Positions 52,816 through 62,090 of a DNA stretch of 64,000 nt are shown here, piece by piece. The DNA is from Terriglobia bacterium. GTDB lineage: Bacteria > Acidobacteriota > Terriglobia > Acidiferrales > UBA7541. A model generated the notes under the pieces. It searched no databases, was not told the DNA's origin, and was given only the letters and a program-made list of their open reading frames with translations. Within the stretch, counting starts at the first letter, position 1. Each line of letters opens with the position of its first letter. Position numbers and translations under genes: made by a program. The stretch spans positions 896,001 to 960,000 of the forward strand of contig OY968796.1 of the NCBI GenBank assembly GCA_963695545.1. The letters run 5' to 3'.

Positions 52816-53340
52816 ATGAGCATTATCGATAAGGCGCTAGAAGCAAACCGCAATTATGCAAAAAACTACAATCCACCGCCCGGGAACCGTCCGTTCCCCA
52901 AAATCGTAGACGTAACCTGCATGGATCCTCGCCTCTCAGACCTCCCTGGAATTCTGGGTTTGCCGCAAGCCGATATCGACGTTATCCGGACCGGCGGACC
53001 CGCGGTAACAGACGATGTTCTCGCAGAGCTTATTGTTTCCAACCGCGTACTTGGAACCACGGAGATACTGCTTCTCAACCACACCGGCTGTGGGTTTACC
53101 ACATTCACCGACGCCGGGCTGAACGCGAAGCTGAGCGCTTCTACCGGTGACGCGTCGCCCGCTCCCGTGCGTTTCTTCTCTTTCAGCGACCCCGACCAGA
53201 ACACGCGCGAACAGATCAAGAAGGTCAGATCGCATCCCTGGATCTCAAAAGATGTCCCCGTGCGAGGATTTATCTTCGACGTGCACACCGGTCTGCTTCG
53301 CGAAGTGCAGCCAATCGCGCAGCAGACTGCTTCTGCTTGA
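52816..53340 (+). CDS. Beta-class carbonic anhydrase
   Basis: TCMDPR (CxDxR) and NHTGCG (HxxC) zinc ligands; AAGGAG RBS. Confidence 0.9.
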   Translation: MSIIDKALEANRNYAKNYNPPPGNRPFPKIVDVTCMDPRLSDLPGILGLPQADIDVIRTGGPAVTDDVLAELIVSNRVLGTTEILLLNHTGCGFTTFTDAGLNAKLSASTGDASPAPVRFFSFSDPDQNTREQIKKVRSHPWISKDVPVRGFIFDVHTGLLREVQPIAQQTASA

Positions 53341-53352
53341 GAGAGTCCGGGC

Positions 53353-54063
53353 TTGCGAGTTAGCCGGCCGCGCAGACAGGATCAGGGCATTCCATCGCGA
53401 TCCGCGCTTCATCTCGCTCACGAAGTCCGGCGGCTATCGCGGGCCAACTTGCCGAGCGATGCGGCTGAACTGGCCAGATATCTCATCGGAAAAACCATTG
53501 TGCACAAGATCGGGCGAATCAGAATCAGCGGCCGTATTGTCGAGACAGAGGCTTACCCACCCGGCGATCGAAGTGGGCATGCCTATCATGGACGAACGGC
53601 CAGAAACCAATCCCTATTCCTGCACAGGGGATTTGCCTACGTGTACTTCATCTATGGGACGTCATACATGCTCAACGTGACGGCTGACGAGCCGGGGGTT
53701 GGTGCCGGAGTGCTGCTGCGCGCCGTCGAGCCTCTCGAAGGAATCAACCTGATGAAGCGGCTCCGAAAGACCGACAATCTCAGAGATTTGGCGAGAGGGC
53801 CAGGGCGCCTTGCGGCCGCATTTCAAATCGACCAGCGATTGGACGGAGTTGACCTGTGTGCAGACGGTCCGCTTTGGCTTGGGACTGCGGTTCGAGAGAC
53901 CTCGCGCATCAGCACAACTGTGCGCATCGGCATCACACGTGAAGTGCACCGGCCGCTGCGCTTTTTTGAGGCGGGCAGTCCGTTTGTTAGCGGCCCCTCA
54001 GCGCGAACGATGCGTCGTCGTCGCACTTTGCTTCAAGTTCGACCGCGACGTCCAAGTCATTGA
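53353..54063 (+). CDS. DNA-3-methyladenine glycosylase (MPG/AAG family)
   Basis: GRIVETEAY, YVYFIYG, VLLRAVEP, GPGRL and RIGI motifs. Start uncertain. Confidence 0.92.
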   Translation: MRVSRPRRQDQGIPSRSALHLAHEVRRLSRANLPSDAAELARYLIGKTIVHKIGRIRISGRIVETEAYPPGDRSGHAYHGRTARNQSLFLHRGFAYVYFIYGTSYMLNVTADEPGVGAGVLLRAVEPLEGINLMKRLRKTDNLRDLARGPGRLAAAFQIDQRLDGVDLCADGPLWLGTAVRETSRISTTVRIGITREVHRPLRFFEAGSPFVSGPSARTMRRRRTLLQVRPRRPSH

Positions 54064-54274
54064 GCCGCTCCGCTTTGCACAGATAGCTGCCGAATCCGAC
54101 TGATGACGCTCCTCCAGACCCCGTCAGGCGGGGACTACTTGGTATTCTCGAGGGTCGTTTTGACACTCGCGAGAGTATCTTGAAGATTCGTAACTGATCG
54201 GCCCACGGCGACCTTGCGAATCACGGATCCCTTGACGCCCGTCAGGCCCGCCTGCTCGGAACCCATGGCCATGA

Positions 54275-54505
54275 TCAGGTAGAAGCCGGGGTGAGCTGCC
54301 GGACATGCTCCCCGAGGAATGCGTCACCCTCGATCGTTGCGAAGGTTTGCTCGGGATCAGGCCGCATATCGACGGCTCCGCACGGCAAGTGGTCGGGATG
54401 TGTGTCCAGAATTTCGTCAGGCGAGGCCTCCAAGTGAGCGACCTTCCCGCGGCGAGCCGTGGGCGCCGCGTTAATTACGATGCGCGTGAGCCAAGTGGAA
54501 AACGT
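54275..54505 (-). pseudogene. ECF sigma factor remnant
   Basis: [14 protein letters not shown]...DMRPDPEQTF..E...LGEHVRQLTP*. This is region 2.3 through the start of region 4, with no start codon and no HTH. Confidence 0.65.
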
Positions 54506-54954
54506 CAGGCGTGGGATTTGCGCTCCACGAGCAGCAAGTGCTCGCACGCGAGAATTGTTTCTCCATGTTGATTGATCGCTTGGCAGGATTCGACCACGAT
54601 GCCGTGCGCGGGACGCTTGGGATCGTCGCGCTTTTCCTTGATCGCAACGACCACGTGAATCGTGTCTCCGATAAATACCGGCTTGATGAATCGAAGGCGA
54701 TCGTAGCCGTACGACATCGCGCGCGGATTGATGGCGCCCGCCGTCAATCCCACGGCGATGCTAAACACCAGTGTGCCGTGGGCCATGCGCTGACCGAAAG
54801 GCTGCTTGCTGCACCATTCCGCGTCCATGTGGTGCGGGAAAAAATCGCCGGTTTGTCCGGCGTGCAGCACGATGTCGGTTTCTGTAATGGTTCGCCCGGC
54901 GGTTTCGCGCCGCGCGTTGACCGTGTAATCCTCGAAATACTGTTCGCTCAGCAT
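54505..54954 (-). CDS. MaoC family dehydratase
   Basis: [30 protein letters not shown] and [12 protein letters not shown] motifs. Confidence 0.9.
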   Translation of the reverse strand: MLSEQYFEDYTVNARRETAGRTITETDIVLHAGQTGDFFPHHMDAEWCSKQPFGQRMAHGTLVFSIAVGLTAGAINPRAMSYGYDRLRFIKPVFIGDTIHVVVAIKEKRDDPKRPAHGIVVESCQAINQHGETILACEHLLLVERKSHA

Positions 54955-55018
54955 GCGTGTGTCCGCTCCGGGCGCCAACCACTCTAGCGCACCGGCCGGC
55001 CCCCGGCTTGATCTTTAA

Positions 55019-55047
55019 TTGACAATTGCTTCCATAAAATTTAGATT
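55019..55047 (+). promoter_or_regulatory. Sigma-70 promoter candidate for the SBP/CoA-transferase operon
   Basis: TTGACA-17 bp-TAGATT in an AT-rich patch. Confidence 0.65.
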
Positions 55048-55174
55048 TACTGGTAAAATCGCCGAACTGAGAGTTTATCAAATAGGGTGAGTCCGGGCTA
55101 ATTCGAGATTCGTGTTGGTTACGGTTCAAACGCGCGCCGCCGTCAAACAGGGGCGCGTTCGGTTTTGAGGCCAG

Positions 55175-56350
55175 ATGAGCGTCGACCGGGTCGTTCGACT
55201 GCGTGGCACTGCGTGGTGTCACACTCGGGGTTTTCTCCCGATGGTGGCGACGGCGCAAAGGTTTGCCGAGGCGCATCCCGGCTTCGAAATAGAATGGGAT
55301 GCCAGATCGTTGCAGGAATTCGCCGACTCCTCGATTGCGGAGTTGGCGCGGCAGTACGACTTGATGGTCATCGACCATCCCTCCATCGGACAAGCCGCCG
55401 AGGAAAACGTTCTCCTTCCCCTTAACGAATGGATTCCCGAAGAGTTCCTGGGCATGCAAGCCGCGGCCTCGGTGGGAGCCTCGCATGCAAGTTACGCATA
55501 CGCAGGCCGACAGTGGGCCTTGGCGATTGACGCGGCCGCGCCAATTGCCGGATGGCGCCCGGACCTGTTGAGGCGAGCGGAAGCAGCGATTCCGCGGACG
55601 TGGTCGGAGCTGCTGGAGCTCGCGGGACGCGGCCTGGTGACGTTTCCAGCGAAGGCCATCGACAGCCTGATGCACTTTTACATGTTCTGCGACGCTCTGG
55701 GCGCGGGCCCGTTCCGAGAAGACAACGCTGTGGTGAGCGAAGAAATCGGGATTCGGGCGCTCAAGATGCTCGGCCAGCTTTTCTCGCTTTGCGACGCCCA
55801 ATGTTTGAAGAGAAATCCTATTGCGACCTGGGAGCTCCTCTCCACGAGCGACACGGTGGCTTACTGTCCCTTCGCATACGGATATTCGAACTATTCTCGG
55901 GCAGGCTACTCGACGCATGCGCTCGAGACCGGCAACCTGATCGCGACCGATGATGGACTTCTCTTCCACTCCACGCTGGGTGGAGCGGGCCTGGCGATCT
56001 CCGCGCGCTGCGCGCACAAAGCGATCGCCGCGGAGTACGCCCAGTTTGTCGCTAGCCCGCATTGCCAGAGCACGCTCTACTTCGATTCAGGCGGGCAGCC
56101 GGGGAATCGAACAGCCTGGATGGATGACGAGGTCAACCGGCGCTGCATCAATTTTTTCAGGAACACGCTGCACACTTTGGAACGGGCCTACGTGCGGCCG
56201 CGTTTCGCTGGATATCTCGAATTCCAGGAACACGCTGCCGTCGCGGTGCACCGATACCTGGCTGCGGGGCGGCCCGAAGAGGACGTGATTGCAGAAATGA
56301 ACGATCGGCTGCGCGAAGCGCGGTCAGAGAAATGGCGAGGTGTGGCATGA
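55175..56350 (+). CDS. Solute-binding-protein-fold protein (sugar SBP family) with no signal peptide
   Basis: IEWDARSLQEF, YDLMVIDHP, LLPL, QWALAIDAA, PRTWSEL, STLGGAGLAIS and YVRPR motifs; no hydrophobic N-terminus. Confidence 0.8.
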   Translation: MSVDRVVRLRGTAWCHTRGFLPMVATAQRFAEAHPGFEIEWDARSLQEFADSSIAELARQYDLMVIDHPSIGQAAEENVLLPLNEWIPEEFLGMQAAASVGASHASYAYAGRQWALAIDAAAPIAGWRPDLLRRAEAAIPRTWSELLELAGRGLVTFPAKAIDSLMHFYMFCDALGAGPFREDNAVVSEEIGIRALKMLGQLFSLCDAQCLKRNPIATWELLSTSDTVAYCPFAYGYSNYSRAGYSTHALETGNLIATDDGLLFHSTLGGAGLAISARCAHKAIAAEYAQFVASPHCQSTLYFDSGGQPGNRTAWMDDEVNRRCINFFRNTLHTLERAYVRPRFAGYLEFQEHAAVAVHRYLAAGRPEEDVIAEMNDRLREARSEKWRGVA

Positions 56351-57510
56351 AACCATTGGATGGGCTCTTTGTCGTGGATCTAAGCCAATTTCTCTCGGGG
56401 CCGTCCGCGTCGCTGCGCTTGGCGGATTTGGGCGCCCGCGTGGTGAAGGTGGAGCGGCCGGACGGCGGAGATCTTTGCCGCCAACTCTACATCTCCGACC
56501 TCAAGCTGGACGGGGACAGCACGCTGTTTCATTCCATCAATCGCAACAAGGAGAGTTTCGCCGCGGACCTGAAAAACCCAAAGGACTGCCGGCGATTGTG
56601 GTCGCTGCTGGATCACGCTGACGTGATGATCCACAATTTTCGTCCCGGCGTGATTGACCGGCTGGGGTTCAGCTATGAGGCCGTCAGCAAAAGAAATTCG
56701 CGGCTGGTATACGGAGAGATCAGCGGCTACGGCAAGTTGGGGCCGTGGCGACAAAAACCGGGACAAGATCTGCTGGTGCAATCTCTGTCGGGGCTGCCGT
56801 GGCTGAGCGGTGATGCGAGCCAGCCGCCGATCCCATTCGGCATCGCCGTGGCCGATCTCTACGCAGGCGCTCACCTGGTGCAGGGAATTCTTAGCTGCCT
56901 GGTGCGCAGAGGAATATCCGGGAAGGGCGGAAAGGTTGAAGTCAGTTTGCTTGAATCTATTCTGGATCTTCAATTCGAGTTGCTGACGACCTATCTGAAC
57001 GATGGCGGCCGATTGCCGCAGCGAAGCAAGGTGAATAGCGCGCACGTTTACCTGGGAGCTCCGTATGGGATTTATCCGACTTCCGACGGTTACATCGCAC
57101 TGGCGATGAGCTCCGTGCCCCAGTTGGGCAAACTGCTGAACTGCTCGCAACTCCTTGCTTATAAGAGTCCGGACGCGCTCTTCACGCAACGCGACGAGAT
57201 CAAGCAGATTCTGATCGATCACCTGAAAAAGAAAACCACGAAGCACTGGCTCGGCGTGTTGGAGCCCGCCGACGTGTGGTGCTCGGAAGTGTTGACTTGG
57301 CCGCGCTTGCTTGAGCACGAGGCGTTTCGTCTGCTGGACATGGTGCAGGAAGTGAAACGAAGCAACGGCGTGAAGTTAAAGACGCTGCGCTGTCCCATTC
57401 GGATTGACGGCCAGATCATGAAAAACGAACTGGGCGCTCCGCGCCTGGGCGCCGATACAAATCGATTATTGCGCGAGTTTGCGGGGGAGGCCCGCGGAAT
57501 CGCCGGATGA
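56347..57510 (+). CDS. Family III CoA-transferase (CaiB/BaiF)
   Basis: PLDG..VVDLSQFLSGP, LADLGARVVKVE, NRNKES, NFRPGV, ISGYG and PGQD (catalytic Asp) motifs. Confidence 0.93.
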   Translation: MKPLDGLFVVDLSQFLSGPSASLRLADLGARVVKVERPDGGDLCRQLYISDLKLDGDSTLFHSINRNKESFAADLKNPKDCRRLWSLLDHADVMIHNFRPGVIDRLGFSYEAVSKRNSRLVYGEISGYGKLGPWRQKPGQDLLVQSLSGLPWLSGDASQPPIPFGIAVADLYAGAHLVQGILSCLVRRGISGKGGKVEVSLLESILDLQFELLTTYLNDGGRLPQRSKVNSAHVYLGAPYGIYPTSDGYIALAMSSVPQLGKLLNCSQLLAYKSPDALFTQRDEIKQILIDHLKKKTTKHWLGVLEPADVWCSEVLTWPRLLEHEAFRLLDMVQEVKRSNGVKLKTLRCPIRIDGQIMKNELGAPRLGADTNRLLREFAGEARGIAG

Positions 57511-58760
57511 CCGGACGCAAAACATTCAGGATCGCTGTCCGGAAATTCGGCCCTTTTGAATCGGCGATTCAAAAGCAGTGGGATTCGTTTAATTCCTTCG
57601 GGCAAACCGGCCTCACATTGGAAGCAGTTGCTTTTGATTTGCAGCCGCTTTCGAAATCCCTCTTCGATCACGAAGGCCTCGTGCGCGGAGACTGGGACGT
57701 CGCCTTTCTCGACACGGATTGGCTGGCGCACGCGCACGCATCGAAGGCGCTCCTGAATTTGGCACCGTACGTGAAGGCCGCTCCTCCTAGCGATTTCCCA
57801 CACGGATGGAGCGACTCCCTCTTGCGGTTGCAATCCATCGAGGGCGAAATTCTGGGCCTTCCCTATCACGATGGGCCGGAATGTTTGATCTACAGGAAGG
57901 ACCTGTTTGACGATCCGCGGGAACAACGCGCATACGAAGGACGCTTCGGAGAGAAGTTGCGCGTTCCGCAGACATGGACGGAGTTCCGGCGAGTGGCGAG
58001 CTTTTTTCAGCGCCCGCAGGAGAAGTTGTTCGGCACGGCTGTCGCGGCTTATCCCGACGGCCACAATTCGGTCTACGATTTTCTGCTTCAGCTTTGGACG
58101 CGAGGCGGCGAACTTGTCGATGATGCCGGCGAATTTCACGTGGATACCGCGCAAGCCGTCGAGGCGCTTGAATTTTACCGCGACATTCTTCAAGACGCTT
58201 CCGTGGTTCATCCGCGCTGCGCGGAAATGGATTCGGTGAAATGCGGCTTGGCGTTCGTGAAGGGCGAAATCGCCATGATGGTGAACTGGTTCGGTTTTGC
58301 GGCGATGGCCGAGACCATTGAGAATTCCCGCGTCCGCGGAAAAGTGGATATCGCCGCCATACCTCGCGCGGATGGCTGTGCGTCCTGTTCGCTGAATGTG
58401 TACTGGGTGCTGGCCATCGCCGCGGGAAGTCCGCACCGCGAGGCCGCCTACCAATTCCTGCGGCACGCGATTTCCCCGGCAATGGACAAACTGCTCACGC
58501 TCGAAGGCGCGGTGGGATGCCGCAAATCAACGTGGGGCGACGCGGACGTAAATCGAATGGTGCCGTTTTACAACCGTCTCGATGATCTTCACGCACACGC
58601 GCGCGAACTGCCGCGGCTCGTGGAATGGCCCGAAATCGCATCCGTGATCGATCGAATGATCGTGAAGGCAACGGGCACGCGCGACTCGGCGCAGAAAATT
58701 GCCGGCGAAGCGCAGCGAGAACTCAATCACGTTTCGTCTCCGAAGCCCACGATTCTTTGA
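57507..58760 (+). CDS. Second solute-binding-protein-fold protein with no signal peptide
   Basis: DVAFLDTDWL, GLPYHDGP..LIYRKDLF, VPQTWTEF and GEIAMMVNW motifs; N-terminus MTGRKTFRIAVRKFGPFE is not a signal peptide. Confidence 0.82.
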   Translation: MTGRKTFRIAVRKFGPFESAIQKQWDSFNSFGQTGLTLEAVAFDLQPLSKSLFDHEGLVRGDWDVAFLDTDWLAHAHASKALLNLAPYVKAAPPSDFPHGWSDSLLRLQSIEGEILGLPYHDGPECLIYRKDLFDDPREQRAYEGRFGEKLRVPQTWTEFRRVASFFQRPQEKLFGTAVAAYPDGHNSVYDFLLQLWTRGGELVDDAGEFHVDTAQAVEALEFYRDILQDASVVHPRCAEMDSVKCGLAFVKGEIAMMVNWFGFAAMAETIENSRVRGKVDIAAIPRADGCASCSLNVYWVLAIAAGSPHREAAYQFLRHAISPAMDKLLTLEGAVGCRKSTWGDADVNRMVPFYNRLDDLHAHARELPRLVEWPEIASVIDRMIVKATGTRDSAQKIAGEAQRELNHVSSPKPTIL

Positions 58761-58772
58761 AGGAGTTCCGGA

Positions 58773-59801
58773 ATGGACGCGTCAATTCTGACTGGCGTCG
58801 GAATCATACTGGCCGCGGGGATTCTTCAGGGGATTTTCGCGCTGCCCATGAAATTCGCGCGCGGCTGGAACCACGAGAATATCTGGCTGGTCTTCGCATT
58901 CACCGGACTGGTTGTTTTCCCGTGGCTGCTGGTCGCGGCGACGATACCCCACGCAATCGGCGTGTATCACCTCACGTCGTGGAAGGCCGTGCTGGCAATT
59001 TTTGGTTTCGGCGTGCTGTGGGGCGTGGGAGCGACGCTCACGGGCGTGGGGTTGAAACAGCTTGGAATCGGTTTGGGGCTCTCCATTATTCTTGGGCTCA
59101 GCGCGTCGGTCGGTTCGTTGGTTCCCCTGATCATCTTGGCGCCTCAAAAACTCGCGACGCATCAGGGGCACCTCTTCTTGCTGGGCACCGTGGTGATGCT
59201 TGCCGGCGTGGCATTCTGTGCGCGCGCCGGCGCGCGCCGCGATGCCCAGCAGAGATCGCAGACCGACCCGCAAGGCGCGCGACGGACCTCTTTCCTTTAC
59301 GGCCTGTTGATTTGCATTTGCTCGGGGATACTTTCAGCCAGCCTTAACTTCAGCTACGCCTTCGGAGGTGAAGCGATCGACCACGCCCGCGCTTTGGGCG
59401 CTTCCTCGGCGTGGGCGGCGAATATTGTGGCGGCTCCGGCGACGAGCGGCGGGTTCATCGCGAATCTGATTTTTTGCGTCTACATGCTGAGGAAAAATTC
59501 ATCCGCATCTTTGTTCATGCGGGCCGGGTCGACCGTGAATTGGCTGCACGGAACTCTGATGGGTGCGTTTTGGTTTGGCGGTCTGGCGCTGTACGGTCTG
59601 GGATTATCGCGGTTGGGCAACCTGAGCGCGGTGGTGGGATGGCCGGTGCTGATGGGAACCATCATTCTGGCCAGCAACGCGGCGGGTTATCTGAGCGGAG
59701 AGTGGAAGCAGGCCGGCAGACGCTGTGGCATCTTGCTGGGGGTGGGAATGGCAATTGTGCTTGGGGCGTTGTGGATACTTGGTATGGCGCAACAGGCTTG
59801 A
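58773..59801 (+). CDS. L-rhamnose/H+ symporter (RhaT) family transporter
   Basis: About 10 TM helices; FALPMK..W..ENIW, GVLWGVG, LGLSASVGSLVP, VGWP and GEWK motifs. Confidence 0.85.
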   Translation: MDASILTGVGIILAAGILQGIFALPMKFARGWNHENIWLVFAFTGLVVFPWLLVAATIPHAIGVYHLTSWKAVLAIFGFGVLWGVGATLTGVGLKQLGIGLGLSIILGLSASVGSLVPLIILAPQKLATHQGHLFLLGTVVMLAGVAFCARAGARRDAQQRSQTDPQGARRTSFLYGLLICICSGILSASLNFSYAFGGEAIDHARALGASSAWAANIVAAPATSGGFIANLIFCVYMLRKNSSASLFMRAGSTVNWLHGTLMGAFWFGGLALYGLGLSRLGNLSAVVGWPVLMGTIILASNAAGYLSGEWKQAGRRCGILLGVGMAIVLGALWILGMAQQA

Positions 59802-59833
59802 CGGCGTTATCTTGCAGCGGGGTTATCTAGGCC

Positions 59834-60613
59834 ATGAAAAAAAGAACATCGCAAAGCTACTCGGTCCCGGGACTTGAAAAGGGCTTGGATGCTCTCGAAG
59901 CCCTCGCGAGCGCCAACGTGTCGGAATCGCTCACGCAACTCGCGCGGCGCCTGAATCGGACATCCAGCGAATTGTTCCGGATGATCGCGGTTCTCGAACG
60001 TCGAAACTATATTGCCCGCGATCCGGCGTCGGAAGGCTACCACCTCACGCTCAAGCTTTACGAATTGGCGCACACCCATTCGCCCGTCAATCAACTGCTC
60101 AAAGCAGCCGCACTGCCCATGCAGGAGCTCTCGGACATGGTGCTGGAATCGTGCCATCTCTGCGTGCTCAGCGGTCCGCTGCTCACCGTAATCGCGCAAG
60201 CCGAGAGTCCCGAGGCCGTTCGGCTTTCGGTTGAAGTCGGATACAAGGCTCTTCCTCTCAACACGGTCTCCGGCCGCCTAATGGTGGCTTTCCTGAGCCC
60301 GGAGGAGCGCGAGACCTTTCTGACGACGGACACTTTTTTTCGGAAGCTGGCGCCGCCCAAACAAAAGCAGCTTCGAACCGAACTGACGAAGATCCGCAGC
60401 GACGGCTATCACGTTGCGCCCAGCAGCAGGCGAACAGGACTGGACGCCTCTTGTCTGGTTGGAAATCCGAGGGTCGGTGTGCTCGCTGCGCTCGGGGTTC
60501 CCTTCATTCCCGGTGGCGCAAACGACGGAAAAGAGCGCAAGTTGATTCCAGTAATTCAGCGCTATGCGGATCGAATCACCGCGGCGGTGGGCCTGTCGAA
60601 GTCATCCATTTGA
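59834..60613 (+). CDS. IclR family transcriptional regulator
   Basis: YSVPGLEKGLDALEAL, ELFRM, LTLKLYEL and ESCHL motifs. Confidence 0.92.
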   Translation: MKKRTSQSYSVPGLEKGLDALEALASANVSESLTQLARRLNRTSSELFRMIAVLERRNYIARDPASEGYHLTLKLYELAHTHSPVNQLLKAAALPMQELSDMVLESCHLCVLSGPLLTVIAQAESPEAVRLSVEVGYKALPLNTVSGRLMVAFLSPEERETFLTTDTFFRKLAPPKQKQLRTELTKIRSDGYHVAPSSRRTGLDASCLVGNPRVGVLAALGVPFIPGGANDGKERKLIPVIQRYADRITAAVGLSKSSI

Positions 60614-60619
60614 CGCCGC

Positions 60620-61729
60620 TCAATTCTGGTCAAGAGGAAGCGGCTCGGCTTCTCGGGCGCTCGATGCGTAAGCAGCCTCGACCAGCGCCATCGTTTGGTA
60701 GGCGTCCTCGAAATGTGACGGAAGCTCGGAGACGCTTCCCTCCACGTACGCTTGCAGGGCACCCATGCTTCCCACGAATGCATCGGGAAACCAATTCCCG
60801 CGAATCGGGCAGGATTGCCATCCATCTTTTATTTCGCTTCTCTGAATGTATTCGAGTGAATCGGGTTTGCCCTTTGGATAGTCGAGATTGATGCCGAGCG
60901 TCGCGCGCATCGAGCCCGCAGTTCCTTCCCATTGGACAAAACTGCGCTGCTGCTTCTCGCCGTAGTCGTGGCCATGGTTGGTGGCAACGAAAACCCGTTT
61001 CGAGTCGCCATAATCGAGGATCATCACGGATTTGGTCGCGGCCAATTTCGGGTACGCCGGGTGACGCACGGTCTTGGCGTAAATGCCGCGAGGGTTTCCG
61101 AACCAGGAGCGGATCAGATCCAGATAATGAATGCTGTGGTACAGAATCTCGAGGCGCGGCGCCGTGGCCAGGAACGTCCACAAGTGCCAGGGCGTATAAT
61201 TCCGGACCTGCGCTTCGAAATCGTGACATTCACCGAGCAGCCCGCCCGCCGCTAGCGCGCGGGCCGCGAGGTTGCAGGGCGCATAACGAAGCTGAAAATT
61301 GACCGCGGCGACCAACGATTTCCGACGGCACAAATCGCGTATCTCCGTCGCTTCGGCAAGGGTCTCGCCCATGGGCTTTTGCATCAGAACGGGAACGCCG
61401 TCTGGTAGATCGACCAAAATCCCCGGAATCCCGGAAGCCGGCACGGCAACGTCGTAGACGGCGTCGGGCGGCGCGAAGGCCACCGCTTCCTTTATGGAGG
61501 TGAAGCTACTGGGAACGCCTGAGCGTCGTGCGAGTTCCTCCGCTTTTCCGGCGACGATATCGATGAGCGCGAGAACAGGAAAGCCCGCTTTGGCATATGC
61601 TGGAAGATGCGCCGCGCTGACGATGCCGCCGGCACCGATAATAATGATTGGGCGCACTCGCTCGGGGCGAGGCGGCTGCGCAGCGAGGGCAACCGTTTTC
61701 CAGCTATCTATCGGTAACTCGTTTGTCAA
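60620..61729 (-). CDS. Gfo/Idh/MocA family oxidoreductase
   Basis: IIGAGGIV..AHLPAY, QKPM, VNFQLRY and HSIHYLD motifs. Start uncertain. Confidence 0.9.
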   Translation of the reverse strand: MTNELPIDSWKTVALAAQPPRPERVRPIIIIGAGGIVSAAHLPAYAKAGFPVLALIDIVAGKAEELARRSGVPSSFTSIKEAVAFAPPDAVYDVAVPASGIPGILVDLPDGVPVLMQKPMGETLAEATEIRDLCRRKSLVAAVNFQLRYAPCNLAARALAAGGLLGECHDFEAQVRNYTPWHLWTFLATAPRLEILYHSIHYLDLIRSWFGNPRGIYAKTVRHPAYPKLAATKSVMILDYGDSKRVFVATNHGHDYGEKQQRSFVQWEGTAGSMRATLGINLDYPKGKPDSLEYIQRSEIKDGWQSCPIRGNWFPDAFVGSMGALQAYVEGSVSELPSHFEDAYQTMALVEAAYASSAREAEPLPLDQN

Positions 61730-61938
61730 AATCGTCTCCGAATCAGGCGCTATCGGCGTGCTTACAGCCGCGTCGCCGGATCGAGATGGGGCCGCGCACC
61801 CGTACTCATTCTATGTGATTATGGGTGTGGCGACTGGGGAAAGTTCTCCCCGCCGTATTTCTATAAATGACTCATTACAGGGCAGTTAGTGAGGGTACGT
61901 CAACGAAGTGCGGCAGGCGGATATCGCGTCTCGACCAC

Positions 61939-61967
61939 TTGACATTGTTTCCCTATGGGAATAGTTT
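61939..61967 (+). promoter_or_regulatory. Sigma-70 promoter with a palindromic operator in the spacer
   Basis: TTGACA-17 bp-TAGTTT, with palindrome TTCCC-TAT-GGGAA at 61949-61961. Confidence 0.65.
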
Positions 61968-62090
61968 TCCTATAAACATTTGGGACATTTGAGGTATCGT
62001 GCGCTCACGCGTGATCCTTAATAACAAGGTGATCGTGGGGGCTCGGCGACTGCCATTTACGCCGGATCCAAGGTAGACGAGGGGACCAAC

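Noticed and set aside
60620..61729. Calling the Gfo/Idh/MocA protein D-apiose dehydrogenase
   Set aside because: Family membership alone does not fix the substrate, and I could not see specific similarity.
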